Positions 1 to 13,700 of a stretch of 64,000 bases of DNA are shown one piece after another (the first letter of the stretch is position 1; each line of letters begins with the position of its first letter). The translations under genes were made by a program, and so were the position numbers. The notes below the pieces were generated by a model, which did no database searches, was not told the origin of the DNA, and saw only the letters and a list, made by a program, of their open reading frames with translations. Source of the stretch: a virus (lineage: Duplodnaviria > Caudoviricetes); IMG/VR virus record IMGVR_UViG_3300028833_000066; one strand, 5' to 3'.

Positions 1-768
1 GGTTGGGGCAATCCTAAGCTAATTTCTTGGGACTATGGTAAGGAAATTACCGTTACCCTAGAAGATGCTCTTATGTCTCTTGAATCTCTTCGTTTCATGC
101 TTGGTGGCGCTATTCGTCGTTCTGATAAGGATGAAACTGTTGTAGTTCGTCATACTGAGGAAGTTGTAGCTGGCAATGGCGGCGTAGTACCAAAGCCAAA
201 GGACCATCTAACTGATAAGGAATTAACTCCTACTTATTCTCAAGGACATCCAATTCGTCTTATCAATTTAACCACTGGTGCTCGTACTCAGCTAAATAAT
301 ACTGGCGACAAAATTGATGGCACTAAGGTTATTACTTTCCACAATCCTGCTATGATTGGTGAAACCGATGTTGATTCTAAGAAAGGCGATCACATTCGTA
401 TTTTCTGGGAAGAGGAAGTTAAGCAGGCTACTGATGGCGAAACCGCTATTGAAGTAACTATTTCTCCTTCTACCTTCCCTGGCACCTATCGTGTAGTTGG
501 CGATACCTTCATGCGTTCTGAGAAGACTGGTAAGGACGAGCCATTCCAGTTTGTAATTGGTAAGGCTAAGGTTCAGTCTGAGGTTACTATCACTCTAGAG
601 GCTGAGGGCGATCCTTCTACCTTTGAAATGACTCTAACTGTATTACGTTCTACTAATGATCAGGGCCAGAATGAGATGATGAAGCTAGTCCGCTATGCTT
701 TTGAAGATTCTGAATCTGGCGAGAGCGAAGATGACGTAGGCTCTGTCAAGACTGGTAGTGGCGGCTAA
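1..768 (+). CDS. Major tail tube protein (5' truncated by the window)
   Basis: Frame 1 is open from base 1 (GWGNPKLISWDYGKEITVTLEDA...). C-terminal FPGTYRVVGDT...KAKVQSEVTITLEAEGDPSTFEM resembles large-phage tail tube proteins. Lies upstream of the tape measure gene, has no TAG, and ends in TAA. Confidence 0.75.
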   Translation, partial: GWGNPKLISWDYGKEITVTLEDALMSLESLRFMLGGAIRRSDKDETVVVRHTEEVVAGNGGVVPKPKDHLTDKELTPTYSQGHPIRLINLTTGARTQLNNTGDKIDGTKVITFHNPAMIGETDVDSKKGDHIRIFWEEEVKQATDGETAIEVTISPSTFPGTYRVVGDTFMRSEKTGKDEPFQFVIGKAKVQSEVTITLEAEGDPSTFEMTLTVLRSTNDQGQNEMMKLVRYAFEDSESGESEDDVGSVKTGSGG

Positions 769-787
769 TATAATAGCTAATTAATTA

Positions 788-816
788 GGGGAGCAGCAAT
801 GCTCCCCAATTTTTTT
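788..816 (+). terminator. Intrinsic terminator
   Basis: GGGGAGCA-GCAA-TGCTCCCC hairpin followed by a T run. Confidence 0.85.
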
Positions 817-822
817 GTATAG

Positions 823-1728
823 GTGATGTGTATGATGGATCAATATTTTGGCGTAAAAGAACTTTATGAAGTTGTATTGCGTGCGAAAACACCTATGAAA
901 TTTGGCGAACGTAATATTGAAGCAGACGAACCAGTATTATATTTTGAAAATGTAACTATGTCTGTTTTAAACGAAGATAGCCGACCCATTATGGCTCGCG
1001 GCGGTTGGTCTAACTTGCCGCATGTTATATGGGAAGATAGAAATGATGTAACTTTTTAGTTACAAGAAGGTATACTTTCTAATTTAAGTATGGGTATACT
1101 TTTTAATGCTAAAGTATGCTAGCCAGAAGAAAATTAGAAATTATATGTTAATAAAAGAGAAGGGCCATTAGAAGTAGAATATCATCCGCAAACTTTAGAA
1201 GAAATTGAAAATGATATTCAGCCGCAAGCCTTTATTAGATTAGAAAAATTACCAATTTTGTATCCTGAGAAAAAAGCTTTTATTTTTGACTGGGATAGAA
1301 ATATGCCGCAAAGAAAATTATATGGTCAATTATAGCAAGAACAAGATAGTCTTGGTAATTATATAGTTGATTTATATGAAGATAAAGAACATAATCATCC
1401 GGCACAACAAGCCAAACAATGTTTAGTGGATTACTACTATGAATATGAGAATGACGCACTGATCTATTTAATATAGAAAGAGCGTTTTAATGGATTATTC
1501 ACTCTTGAGGGTAAATTTTACTCCAAGGATGAAAACGAAGGCAAAAATTATACTAATATAATTTATATGCCAAAAGTAAGAGTTGTGAGTGATATTAACT
1601 TACGCTTGGGAGAAAGGGCTAATCCAACTATGTCCGTATTCAACATTATTGGTATGCCAGAGAATATGGGCGGGAATAAGAAAGGATTAATTTTACAAAT
1701 CACTAGATTGGATAGTGATATTGAGTAA
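823..1728 (+). CDS. Tail tube paralog / minor tail protein (TAG=Gln, 5 in-frame TAG)
   Basis: Frame is open to TAA at 1728 when TAG is read through. ARGGWSN..IWED and FNGLFTLEGKFY..MPKVRVVSDINLRLGERANPT align by eye with the upstream tube protein. Start could be 823, 826, 832 or 835. Confidence 0.7.
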
Positions 1729-1729
1729 T

Positions 1730-1767
1730 GCCGTTTCCTAAGCAATTAGGAAACGGCTCTTTTTTTA
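1730..1767 (+). terminator. Intrinsic terminator
   Basis: GCCGTTTCCTAA-GCAA-TTAGGAAACGGC followed by a T run. Confidence 0.85.
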
Positions 1768-1794
1768 TTTGGCGATAAAGGAGAGGTGAAATAT

Positions 1795-4700
1795 ATGGCG
1801 AATAATAGTTAGACTGGCGTGGTCATTGATGTTACTGCACGGATAAAAGGATATGAGGCTGATTTAAATAAGTTTAAAGCGGCAGTATAGAAAGTAGATC
1901 CTGGCAGTTCAATGGGTAAATCATTAATCAAAATGATTGATGATTATGAACGCCGCATTAATGCTATTGGGAAAAATGTATAGCCAAGATTTTTTTCAGA
2001 TAAGTAGATAGATAACTTTTTTGAAAAATTAGAAAATGTTGATAAATTAGCTGTTAATATTGGTAATAATTTAGCTAATATAAAAGTAGGAGATTTAAAT
2101 TTCTCTACAATGGAGGGCAATATATAGACAGTTATTAAGTCTATATAGGAAGCAAATGCTTAGTTAGATTTATTATCAAAAACAAATTTATAGAATATTC
2201 TTAAAGATGCTCCAGAACTCGCGGATACATTAAGTAAATTAGGTATTAATATTGATACTGCTAATTTTAAAGATGTTGAACGTATATTAACAAATGGTAT
2301 GGCTAAAGCTACTGCTTAGGCTGATGAATATAAAAATAAGATTGCAGAAGCAGAAAGTACTTTAGAGCATCTTGGAAAATAGCAAGAAGAAAGATAGAAA
2401 AATGCTCCTGATTTTCTAATAGATGATAAAGCTTATACAAAACAATTAGAAAAAATTTCGTCTATTAAAATGCCAGAAAATGTTTTTAATCCAGAAAGAG
2501 CTAAAGAGTTAATTAATTAGTTTAATAATAATTTAGCTGTGGCTTTAAAAAATTCTAGTAAAGATGGACATGTAAATGAAGCATTAAAGAGTACAGTTGA
2601 AAATTTATAGAAATAGATTACTGAAGCTTTTTCTGAAAAAAACTTTAATCCTGAGTAGTTTAGAGAAAGATTTCAACAAATTTTTGATGTTATTAGAAAT
2701 ACTAAAGGTCTAACTAAGTCTGGCGTCTTAGGAGAAGGATTTAATAGAAATACTTCTATTCGTTAGATATTAGAATAGTTTTTTGATACAAATGCTATAA
2801 ATGATGCTAAAGAAAAAGCAATGAATTTAGCAACAGAATTAAGCTAGTATTTATCTCCTGAAATGTTTATGCAAATTGGAGAGAAAATTGAGAATGGCGA
2901 TTTTGGTAAAATTGGAGAAATTATTGCTAAAGGATTAAAAGCAGCACGAGAAGCATTTGAAAAAGAAGGAAAACAAATAGAAACAAGTAAGCAAAAGACA
3001 GAACAAACACTTATTGAAAGTAAGAAAAAATTAGAAGTAGTAGAGAGTAAAAGAGCTGGCATAACCACTGCAAGCTAGCAATATGCAAGTGTTATGGAAA
3101 GTTTTCGTAACTAGATTAAATAGTTACAAGATAGAATTGCTGCTTTGGAAAAAGAACGTGATGAATAGGCTAAAGGAACGCATGACGAGGTAACTTCTGC
3201 TGGAGCTAGTGGACTTGAGCATGCTCAAGATAATTTTTAGACTGCATCTTCTGCAGCAGAAAATTATCACAAAGAATTAAATAAAATTGCTTCTGCTGAA
3301 TAGGCTTTAGGAAGCTTATAGAGTCTTTTAACTCGTTGGTTTAGTCTTTATGGCGCCATTAGAATGGTTCGTCAAGCAATTAAATCAATGGTTGCAGATA
3401 TTACTTAGTTAGATCATACAATTAATCAAATTTCTATTGTTACTAATATGAGTATGGATGAACTATGGAATTAGATTCCATAGTATACTGCAATGGCTAA
3501 ATAGTATGGTGTAGCAATTTCTGGTGTATATGAAGTTTCACAATTGTATTATCAATAGGGTTTATAGACAGTAGAAGTAACTGGACTAACGGCAGAAACA
3601 TTAAAATTAGCTAAAATTTCTGGATTAGATTATAGTACTGCTACTAACTATATGACAAATGCAGTGCGTTCATTTAAGATGGAATTAAGTGATGCAAATG
3701 TAGTTACCGATGCTTATGCAGCATTGGCGGCGGCATCTGCTTCTAGCGTAGAAGAATTAGCAACTGCTATGAGTAAAACAGCATCTTCAGCACAGGCTGT
3801 AGGTTCTACAATGCAAGAAACTGCGGCTATGATGGCTGTTATGATTGAAGCTACTCGTGAAGCTCCTGAGAATATTGGTTCTGCTATGAAGTCAATCATT
3901 TCTCGTTATGGTGAAATGAAAGCTGATCCAACGGCAATGGTCGATTCTGAAGGACAAGAAATGAGTTTGAATAAGGTTGATAAAGCCTTATAGTCTGTTG
4001 GTATTTCATTACAAGATGAACAAGGACAATTTAGATCATTCACTGAAGTTATTAATGAATTAGCCGGTGTATGGGATACTTTAAGTAATAATACACAACG
4101 TTATATTGCTACTGTTATGGCTGGTAATAGATAGCAGTCTCGTTTCTTAGCATTAGTTAGTAGCGGCGAGCGTCTATAGCAATTAACTGAAATAGCAAAT
4201 GATTCAGAAGGAACTGGACAATTATAGACTTTAAAAACATTAGATAGTATTGAAAGTAAGGCATAGCAAGCTAAAACAGCTATGCAAGAAATTTATAATT
4301 CTTAGGGATTGCAGGATATAATTAAAGGTTGGTATGATTTTGAAGCGGCTATAGGTAAATTTTATGCACGTATGAGCCAAGTTAGTAGTTTTAATTTTGC
4401 TGCGAATATTATATTGCAATTTACTTCAATTGCAACTGCTCTGTCTTCAATTTATAGAGTTATAAGAGCAGTTGTAATAAATCATTCTAGATAGGCATAG
4501 GTATAGATGACCACTGACGCTTTAGCAGAGGCTGAAAAACGAAAGGCTGGTGCAACTGATGAAGCAAATTAGAATATAGCAGAGGCATAGCGTGCTGCTA
4601 CAGGATATGGATAGGCATAGCGATAGAAAAGTACTAGCTTTTTTCTTGTGAAAGGTAGCAGTGCTGATGGAAGAAAGCTTAAAACAGGTTGGGGCTGGGG

Positions 4701-7700
4701 AAATTCTAAAGGCGCAGCAATTACAAGAACAGTAGGTGCTCTTGCAGGAGCTGGATTATCAATTGCAGGCACCGCTGTTAGTGCAAACGCGGCGAAAATG
4801 AGTGAAGATTCATAGGATGAACGAAATAAAAAAGCTTCATCAATTAGAACTGGTAGTACTTTAAGTGGAATAGGCACAGGACTTTCTATGGGCTCAGCAT
4901 TCGGTCCTTATGGGATGGCAGCTGGTGCTATTATCGGTGGATTAGTTGGATTTGCGACTTCTATAAGTAATTCTGCAGAAACTATTTTTGAAAGTACTGT
5001 CGAACGTTTAAATAAATTAAAGACAAAATATGAAGAAGCCAATAATAAAGCATTAGAGTCTAAAAGTGAATTAAATGATTTAAAGAAATTAAAATAGTCA
5101 TATGATGATTTGAAAAAGAGTCGTAATACTAATAATGAATCAATGTTAAAATATCAGGAATTATGTAATCAAATTGCATAGACACATTCCGAATTAGTTG
5201 AAGGATATACTTCTGAAGGTAATGCAATAATAAATATGACTACTGCTTATGATACATTATATGAATCTAAGCGTAGAATGTATTTATTAGATGAAAAAGA
5301 AGCTCTCGCCGCAGAATTAGCATTTACTACTGATCCTGGTAGTGTAGCTGAATCTATGAATATTAAAAAAATAGAAGCTCCTGCTTGGAGTGGATCTCTT
5401 TTAGATAGTGCAGAAAGCGATCGTAAATATGTATTAGGATAGGCGTATGAGTCTTTAATAAGAGGGATCGGAGAGGGATATACTGGTTCAGAATTAGCAA
5501 AAATAATGATAGGAAGCACTGCTCATGCATTAAAAGACGCCGTAGGACTAAAGCCAAATGAAGAAATTAATACATAGTATGCTTAGATTTTATTTGGGCA
5601 GGATATGGCGAATGAAATGTTTATTAGAGATGCTAACAATAAGGTAGTCGTTAATGATCAAGCAGCTTGGGAAGCGACAGAATTATTAGCAAAAGAAATT
5701 TAGACTTATGGAATTGAAGTAACTGCAGAAAATATAAAAGCACGAGCTAAAGACAGCAAAATATTTAATTGGGATGCATATTGGGTTGATGAAGATTTTC
5801 TTAGCAATTTTTTTGGTGCATATAATTCAAAATTAGATTCTTAGGAAATTGTTGAAAAACGCACTAATAATTAGATTGAAACTTATATCCGCGATGTTTA
5901 CGCTGATAATGACGAATATTCTGGTATTGAATTATCTATTTATTCAGAACTGTTAAAAAAACAAGCAAAAGATAAAATTGAAAATGAAAATATTGATCCT
6001 TCTATATTATTTAAGTAGATAGCAGATGGAATTTATTATGATACAGATGTATATGGTATCAGTTCTGTATTAGCAGATAGTGCAATTAAAACATTATCTA
6101 AGTCTAAAAAAGCTAATTTAACCGAATTGTGGAATAGTATTTCACAATATAATGAAGAAGAATATCAAATTATTTTAGATACATTAGGGATAGAAGATCA
6201 AGAATTATTGAATCTTATTCAAGAGCATCGTCAAAATATTATTAAGGATATTTATACGCGTTTTAAAGATGCTATGTCAGAAAATGCAATTTTAAATAAA
6301 GACTAGATTAATATTTGGAAAGACGGTTTTACTCCTGAATAGCTTAATAATATTACAGCTGAATATACTGATTTAGAAAATAATGCAGCATTGTCAGCTA
6401 AGGATAAAGTAGATTATTTGAATGCTTGGAATACTTTATATGATAATTTTATAAATACTAATTTTGCTTCAAGTAAATAGAAAGAATAGATTGCTAATAT
6501 TTTAACTTCAACTGATAAAACAAGTTTTTCTGATATTACTAATGCAATCGAAGAACTTTAGAAAATAGGTGCTCCTGAAGCTTTACCAATAATTTAGGAT
6601 TTATCATATATACAAAGTCATTTAAATATTAATATTCCATCAGAAGTAAACACTTATTTTTCTACTTTAAGTGAAAAAATTAAAACATTAGAAAGTACTT
6701 TAAAGACAGCCTTAGATGGTATGAATTTAAATGAAATATTGTCTTAGGCATAGCAATTAGATATAGATTTTACAAATGATAATATTGAGTTTAAAGATGG
6801 TAAATACTATTTTAAAGATTATAATATTGTATTAAAGAGTATTCAAGACTCTATATATAAAGATATTGATTTTATTTTTAAAGGTGCTGATAAGGCTTTA
6901 GAATTATTAAAAAGTAATGGTAATGGATTATTATCACTTAATAGTGATTTTATGTATAATGGCTTTAATTTACAAGAAACGATTAAACATTATGCACCAG
7001 AAATAAGTGAAGGTAATAGTTGGAAAGATATTTTAGGAGCATAGAATGAAGAACTTGGTTAGTCATTAGATTATCTTTAGAATTTTTATGATAATATTAA
7101 AGATAAAAGTGATATTGGATCTTTTTATACCTGGATTAATGATTCTGAAAAAATGTGGAATAGCATTTTTTCTAATGTTGATATAGATGCATAGACTGAT
7201 GCAGTTGCCGCGATGTTTGGTTTACCTAATAAAGATGAGGCGACACAATTACGCGATGATTTAAATACTTTATATGTTGAATATACTAATGCTAAAACAA
7301 AAGAAGGTTTTAATGATTAGGGATTTATTGAATATGCCAAAATAGCATTAGCAAGTTATTCTGAATAGTGGGATTGGATTTAGAATGAAATAGATAAATA
7401 TACTGCGGGAATGTTTATTACTGCAAATAAGTTAGAAGAATGGTGGGATAATAATACATTCTTAAAAGATATAGAAATGGGAGATACCAGAGCCGGTATT
7501 CTAAAAGCTTTACGTTTAGGAGATTTCCAAAGAGTAAAAGAGATGTTAGAAAGTTCTGGTGATGAAGAAATTTATGAAGAATTACTTAAATATGTTGACT
7601 ATTTTTATGAAAATTCTTAGAATTTACTTAAAGAATCTACTTCTCTATTCGCCGCAGCGATTACTGATGGAAAACAGAAAATAAAAATTAATGAATGGAA

Positions 7701-10700
7701 TCGTGATATTTTAACTGGTTTTGCAAAAACTTTGTCAGGAGAAGATATTACAGAAGCAACCGCTGAAGCATATTTAGATTTAACAGAAGCTAGTGAAGAA
7801 GAGCTACAAAAATTTTTAGAAAGAGTACAGTCTTCTAATTTAAAAGGAAAAGAACGTATAGATACTATTGTAGCAGTTTAGAAAGCTATTAGTGAAAGAA
7901 GTCTTGCCAATGTTTTAAATAATGTTGTGGATAATTATGAATCTTTAACTTATGAAGTTGTTGTTTCTTTAGCAAAAGGTTTTAATACCACTATTGAAGC
8001 TTTAGAAGAAGCGGGGAATATTACTTATGATATTGCTCTTGGCACTTATAAAGTTAATGCTGAATGGTTACGTAGTTAGATTACTAATAAAGATCCATTA
8101 AAATACTAGAAGCAATTAGCTAAATTAGATGAACATACTCAAGAATTGTCATTAACTAATATAGTTGGAGATATAATAAAAAATTATTAGTCAATTACCG
8201 CAGAAATAATGGCAAGGTTAGGAGAATAGACTGGACAGAACTATGAAGCATTAGCAGAAACTTTTAATATTGAAAAAAATGATGACGGTACATTTAAAGC
8301 TTCATTAAAAGAATTACAAAATTTAATTAAATTTAGTTATGATGCTATAAGAAAAGAAGTACCTCTATCTATTTAGAAAAAATTAAATGAACTTTATGAT
8401 AATATTATTTCAGAAGTTACTAATCTTCCAGGATCTTTTACTAATGGTTTTACTAAAACAACTGATATGTAGAGATATGTAGATATGCTTAATGATAGTG
8501 GCTTATTTAATACGGTTTTTACCATGTTTGGTGAAAATGGAATATTTAAATGGTCAGAAAGTTTAAATGCTTATATATATTCTACTACTGGTTTATTAGC
8601 ATAGGTTAGCTATTTTTATGAAAATTTGAAAAATATGTCTGAAGATCAAAAAATTGCGGCTTAGTAGCTATTATAGAATAGTGTAAAAACCTTTGCTGAA
8701 AATGTAGATATTATTGAATATTTATCTTCGGATAGAACTGAATTAGATTGGGAAAAGTTAAATACTGCTTATGATAGTTATATAGAATATATTGGAGCTT
8801 TAAATACAGCAATTAATGATTAGATTAATGATTTAAAAGATGAAATAACGAATGTTGATTATTATGCTAAAGTTGAAAATAAACGTATTAATGTCGCAGA
8901 TAATTTACAAAAAATACAACAATTAGAGTCACAATTAATTAATATTCCTAATTATACAGCTGAATAGTTAAAAACGTTAATAGAAGATGGTAATACAGCG
9001 GCAGTATTATTAGTTTCAAATTTATATAAAACTGCGGGTAAAAATTTATCTCTTGCTGACATGAAAGCGGTTTATCGTTCCGGCATAACTCATCTTACTG
9101 AATCAGTTTCTGAATAGCTTACTGCTACTGTTAATGATTTAGTTGATGAATAGACTTATAATATATTAAAAAATATTGAAGGATATTCATTTGATAAGAC
9201 TTTAGCCGATGAGGGCATTTATCTTATTACTTAGATGGGCAAGGTCGCCGATGCGTATAAGGCATATTATGAAAAATTAATTAATTCTGGAGAAGCTACA
9301 TTAAAAGAAATTAATGAAGCTGCTGTTAAAGTTTTAGAAAATAGTGATCAATGGGGTCGTGGAGAACAGGCTGCGATTGATATACTATCTAAAGCTACTG
9401 GCATTACTTATTAGGAACTTGCTGAATTCTTTACATCTATAGGATGGGAATTTAGTGAAGCTACTATGGAGACTCTTAAAGAAGCGGGTATATTGAAAGC
9501 TATAGGTGGCAATAAAATTGCTATTACTAATTGGAAAGAGTTTGCAAAAATAGCTGGATATGATTTTGGATCATCTGAATATGTTGCTGGATTGAGTGCT
9601 TATAATGATGCTTTAATTTAGATGAATGAAGCGACTAAAAATGCTGTTGATAATGAACTTAAAAATTTAATAGAAATTAAACCTGGAAAATAGTTAAATT
9701 TAACATATCTTTTAAGTAATATTATTAATGAAGAAAAAATAAAAAATGATTTATATGAACGGTATTCATCTTTTAGCGAAGAAGCAATTGAAGCTATGGC
9801 TGATAATACTAAAAATAAAGCTTTTAAGTTATTAGAAGAAGAATTATTAAAATATGGAGCATATTTACAAGACGGTATATTAAATATTACCGACAATGCT
9901 AATATTTATGGTATAATTTAGACTATTACTATCACTGCTTAGCAATATGAAAGTATTTTGCCAGAACAGTTAGCTGAATTGCAAGATGCATTAGTATCTA
10001 TTTTAAGCAATTATACAGATTTAATTAAAAAAGGTATTTCTGGTAGTTTATCTAATGTAGATAAATTAAATTTAGCCGAGTTTGCTAAATCTTTTGGTTT
10101 TAAAGGTACATTATAGTTTATGCCTACTTCTGAAGGGGCATAGCTAACTGAACAATCATTATATTAGATTTATAAAACAGTACAAAATGTAAATGCTTTA
10201 GCGGCAAAAACTATATTTGATGAATGGGCTAAGAATATTTAGAGTGCTAATAGTGAAATGAAAACTATGGCTGGCGTATTGCAAAAAATACGTGAACTAG
10301 AAAATAGTAAAGTTGAAGCTATAAAAGAACAAGCGGAATTATATAAAGAAATGGCTCGCTATATGCAATTAAATTAGCCTGAATCATATAAAATGTTTGA
10401 GTCGGGTAATGCATATAGTGGAGTACAAGGATTTACTAATTTTATTAGTTAGTTTGGGCCTCTTAATAAAACTTTAAATGAGGCTGGCAAAAATGGATAC
10501 ATGGAATGGACCGATTTTGAAACTTGGGCTCGTGGTATGACCGAGATGGCAAAATCAGTAGGACATGATATAGTATCTTGTGGTATTACATTTGATGAAG
10601 CTGGATAGACATATGCTGATTTAATGGAAAAGGCTTCAATTTCATTTACTGAAGATGGAAAAACAATTGTTGATATTTCTGCTAATAGTGGAATTCAATT

Positions 10701-13700
10701 TGATGTTTCTGCTGCATTAGCTCAATATGGGGATAATGAAGCTGCTATTAAAGAATATGCCTAGAAACAAGTGGATATGCTTGATTCTATTATTGCTGTT
10801 TTAGAAGTTATGGCATAGATGGAAAAACTTGCTGATTTAGATGTTAATGGTAATGAAACTTTAGATTTAAGTGAAGTCTTTAAGGTGAAAGGCGATGTAG
10901 CCACTGATGAGTATAATGAAGATATTCAAAAACTTATGCAAGGAACTCAAGAGGCTGCTGAAAAAGATAAAGAATTAAAAAAAGGTTTAGAAGAATTTTA
11001 GATTGGTAAAACTAATTTATTTGAAATAATTAAAAGTATTGCTGATGGCGGTGAATGGACTGAATTACAGAACCTTCTTGGAAAAGATATAACATAGAAG
11101 GAAGCATTAGCTATTATAGATTGGTTAAGTAAGTCATCATCATTAAATTGGGAAGACCCAATGTCAGCTCTATAGCAACTTTTACAATTATATGCAGATA
11201 ATCAAATAGAAGGATTAGCAGTTAAATTAAATGTTGATGGAATTACATATGTTGTGGATAGTAATGGTATTGCTACTGTAGATATGGATTCTGTAGAAGA
11301 AGCTGCACGTCTTACTGATAAAGAAGTAGATGAAATTTTAAGTGCTCTTACTAAAACTTAGGAAGAAGTTTCTAAAGATCCTATTCAATATACATATTGG
11401 TTACATGAAAAGAAATTAATTGATTTAAAAGATGATGGCACATATGCCATTATGATTAATGGTCAATAGGTTGCTGAATGGAATCCTAAAACAGGCAAGG
11501 AGCCTGATAGTGATTTTATTAGAGCTTAGGCCGCGGTCGGTTTATTAACTAATTTTACTAAAAATAAAACAACAGATGAAATTTAGATTGATGGTAAAGA
11601 TTATTATGTTAATGCTGAAGTTGGAACTAACAATTGGCAATATCAAGTTAGATTAGATAAAGATAATAATATTGAATATACTTCTGGAAATTTAACTGCA
11701 TCATCATTAGATGAACTTTTATAGAAAAAATGGGAACAAGGATGGTCTTTAAGTAAGACTCCTACAGCTAAATCGTTCAAATTTGATCGTGCATGGCAAT
11801 AGGAATTAGGTATAGATGAATTATATAGTGTAGAATTAAATCAATCTAATGTTAATGCGGCAAGTAATAATTTAAGAGAACAATTATATAAATTGTGGAT
11901 AGACGGTTCTGACAAAGCTTTATAGAGTGCTAAAGACAAATTAAAAAAATATGATTTTACAATTTCAGATGATTTTAATTTTAATGATCTTGCAGTTGCT
12001 TTAAATTTCTCTATGGAAAATAAGGAAATTTCTGTTTCATATAAAGATAATGAAGAAACTGCAGAAAAATTAACAATTGTAAAGTTATAGTAGCCTGATG
12101 GCGGAATGGTTGAGGTAGGATATAATGAAGAAGGCAAACCATTGACACTTACTTTATATTAGAATGGAACAGAAGATCCAACCATTGGAGTAAGATATAA
12201 TGAAGATGGTTAGAGTTTAATTATTCAAGATTATCCAAATGGATAGGAGCATAGTATTCCTATTAATTATGGACCAGACGCTGAAAATCCTCCATCAAAT
12301 CTTTTAGAAGTTTTATAGTATTTAAATTCTACCGACCCTAATAAAGGAGATTTAGGAATAAACCTTAATGGGTTATCACCAGAGGTTTTGGCTGCATTAT
12401 CTTATCTAGAAGCAATTTTATCTGGTGATACTAGTAAAACAATAGATGTATCAGCTACTGTTGTTCCTTCTGTTGATGGATTAATTACAGCATTATAGGA
12501 ATTAACTATTGCAATTAATAAAAACACTCCTCCTACTACTATTAATAATAATAGTAGTAATAATAATGCTGATAATACCAATACTGAATTAGAAGATGAA
12601 ATCCCGCTTACTATAGATTTTGATACAATTAATGAAGTTGTTGATCTTGATGATTAGGAAACTCAAGATGCAATTACCGAGGCAGAACGTTAGGCTGCGG
12701 AAGTAGAGCTTAAAAATAAACAAATAGCATTTGAAAAGGAATAGGCATTAAAGAAAAAGTATTAGGAAGTTGTAGATAAAGGTATATTATCATCAGAAAA
12801 TGATGATTTATTAGACTTAATTTAGGATACTGGCGGTAATGTTGGTGAATACGCATAGAACATTTTAAATGAAAAAGATATTATATATAATGGAGTCACA
12901 TGGACTAAATATAATGGTCAATGGATGACTAAAAAATAGGCTCAGGAATTCAAAAATAAAGAGAACACTGATACAAGAAATACTATCGAAGAAAATTAGT
13001 CAACTGTAGAAGATTTACAGGAAGAGCCAAATAATATTAATAAGTTTCCAATTCTATCTTTAGATTTAACTAAAGTTGGTTTAACTGGTCCTATAGGATT
13101 TGAAATGAATAATTCTATCAATAAAATCGCACAAGATGAGGGTTTAGATCCTAATTCTGTAGAAGCTAGAAAAAAATTAGCTGAAAAGATTTTAAAAATA
13201 GATGATTTAAGTAAAATTGATTTAATTCCAGACTCAACCGAAAACGAAAAGGGCACCCAAGTTCCTTATGGTAATCATTTAGAAGATAAATATATAGGTC
13301 ATATGGCCACTTATGATGCTTATACTTTAGCTTAGTATGCTGCTGGTAGAAATTTAAATTATAGTGATGTATTACATACATTATTAACTCAAACTGGATA
13401 TAATTCAGAAGGTATTGGTCTTAATGATGAAATTTTTGAGCCAGAATTAGAATCATGGGATGCTATTTTTAGTAGATGGCTTTTAAAAAATGATGATATT
13501 GATATTAAAGAATAGGCTCAAGAATTTAAAGCTGGTAATTATGCTCCCGATGTTGCTCGGGATATGGTACGACAGTGGTTTGCATCATTAGATACGAATA
13601 CATTGTCTTTTATGAATACGGACCGTACAGTAGAATTTTTTGAAGCTTTAACTGAAGCATTCCCTGATGAGCAGTGGTTTAGTGATACATTAACAGATTT

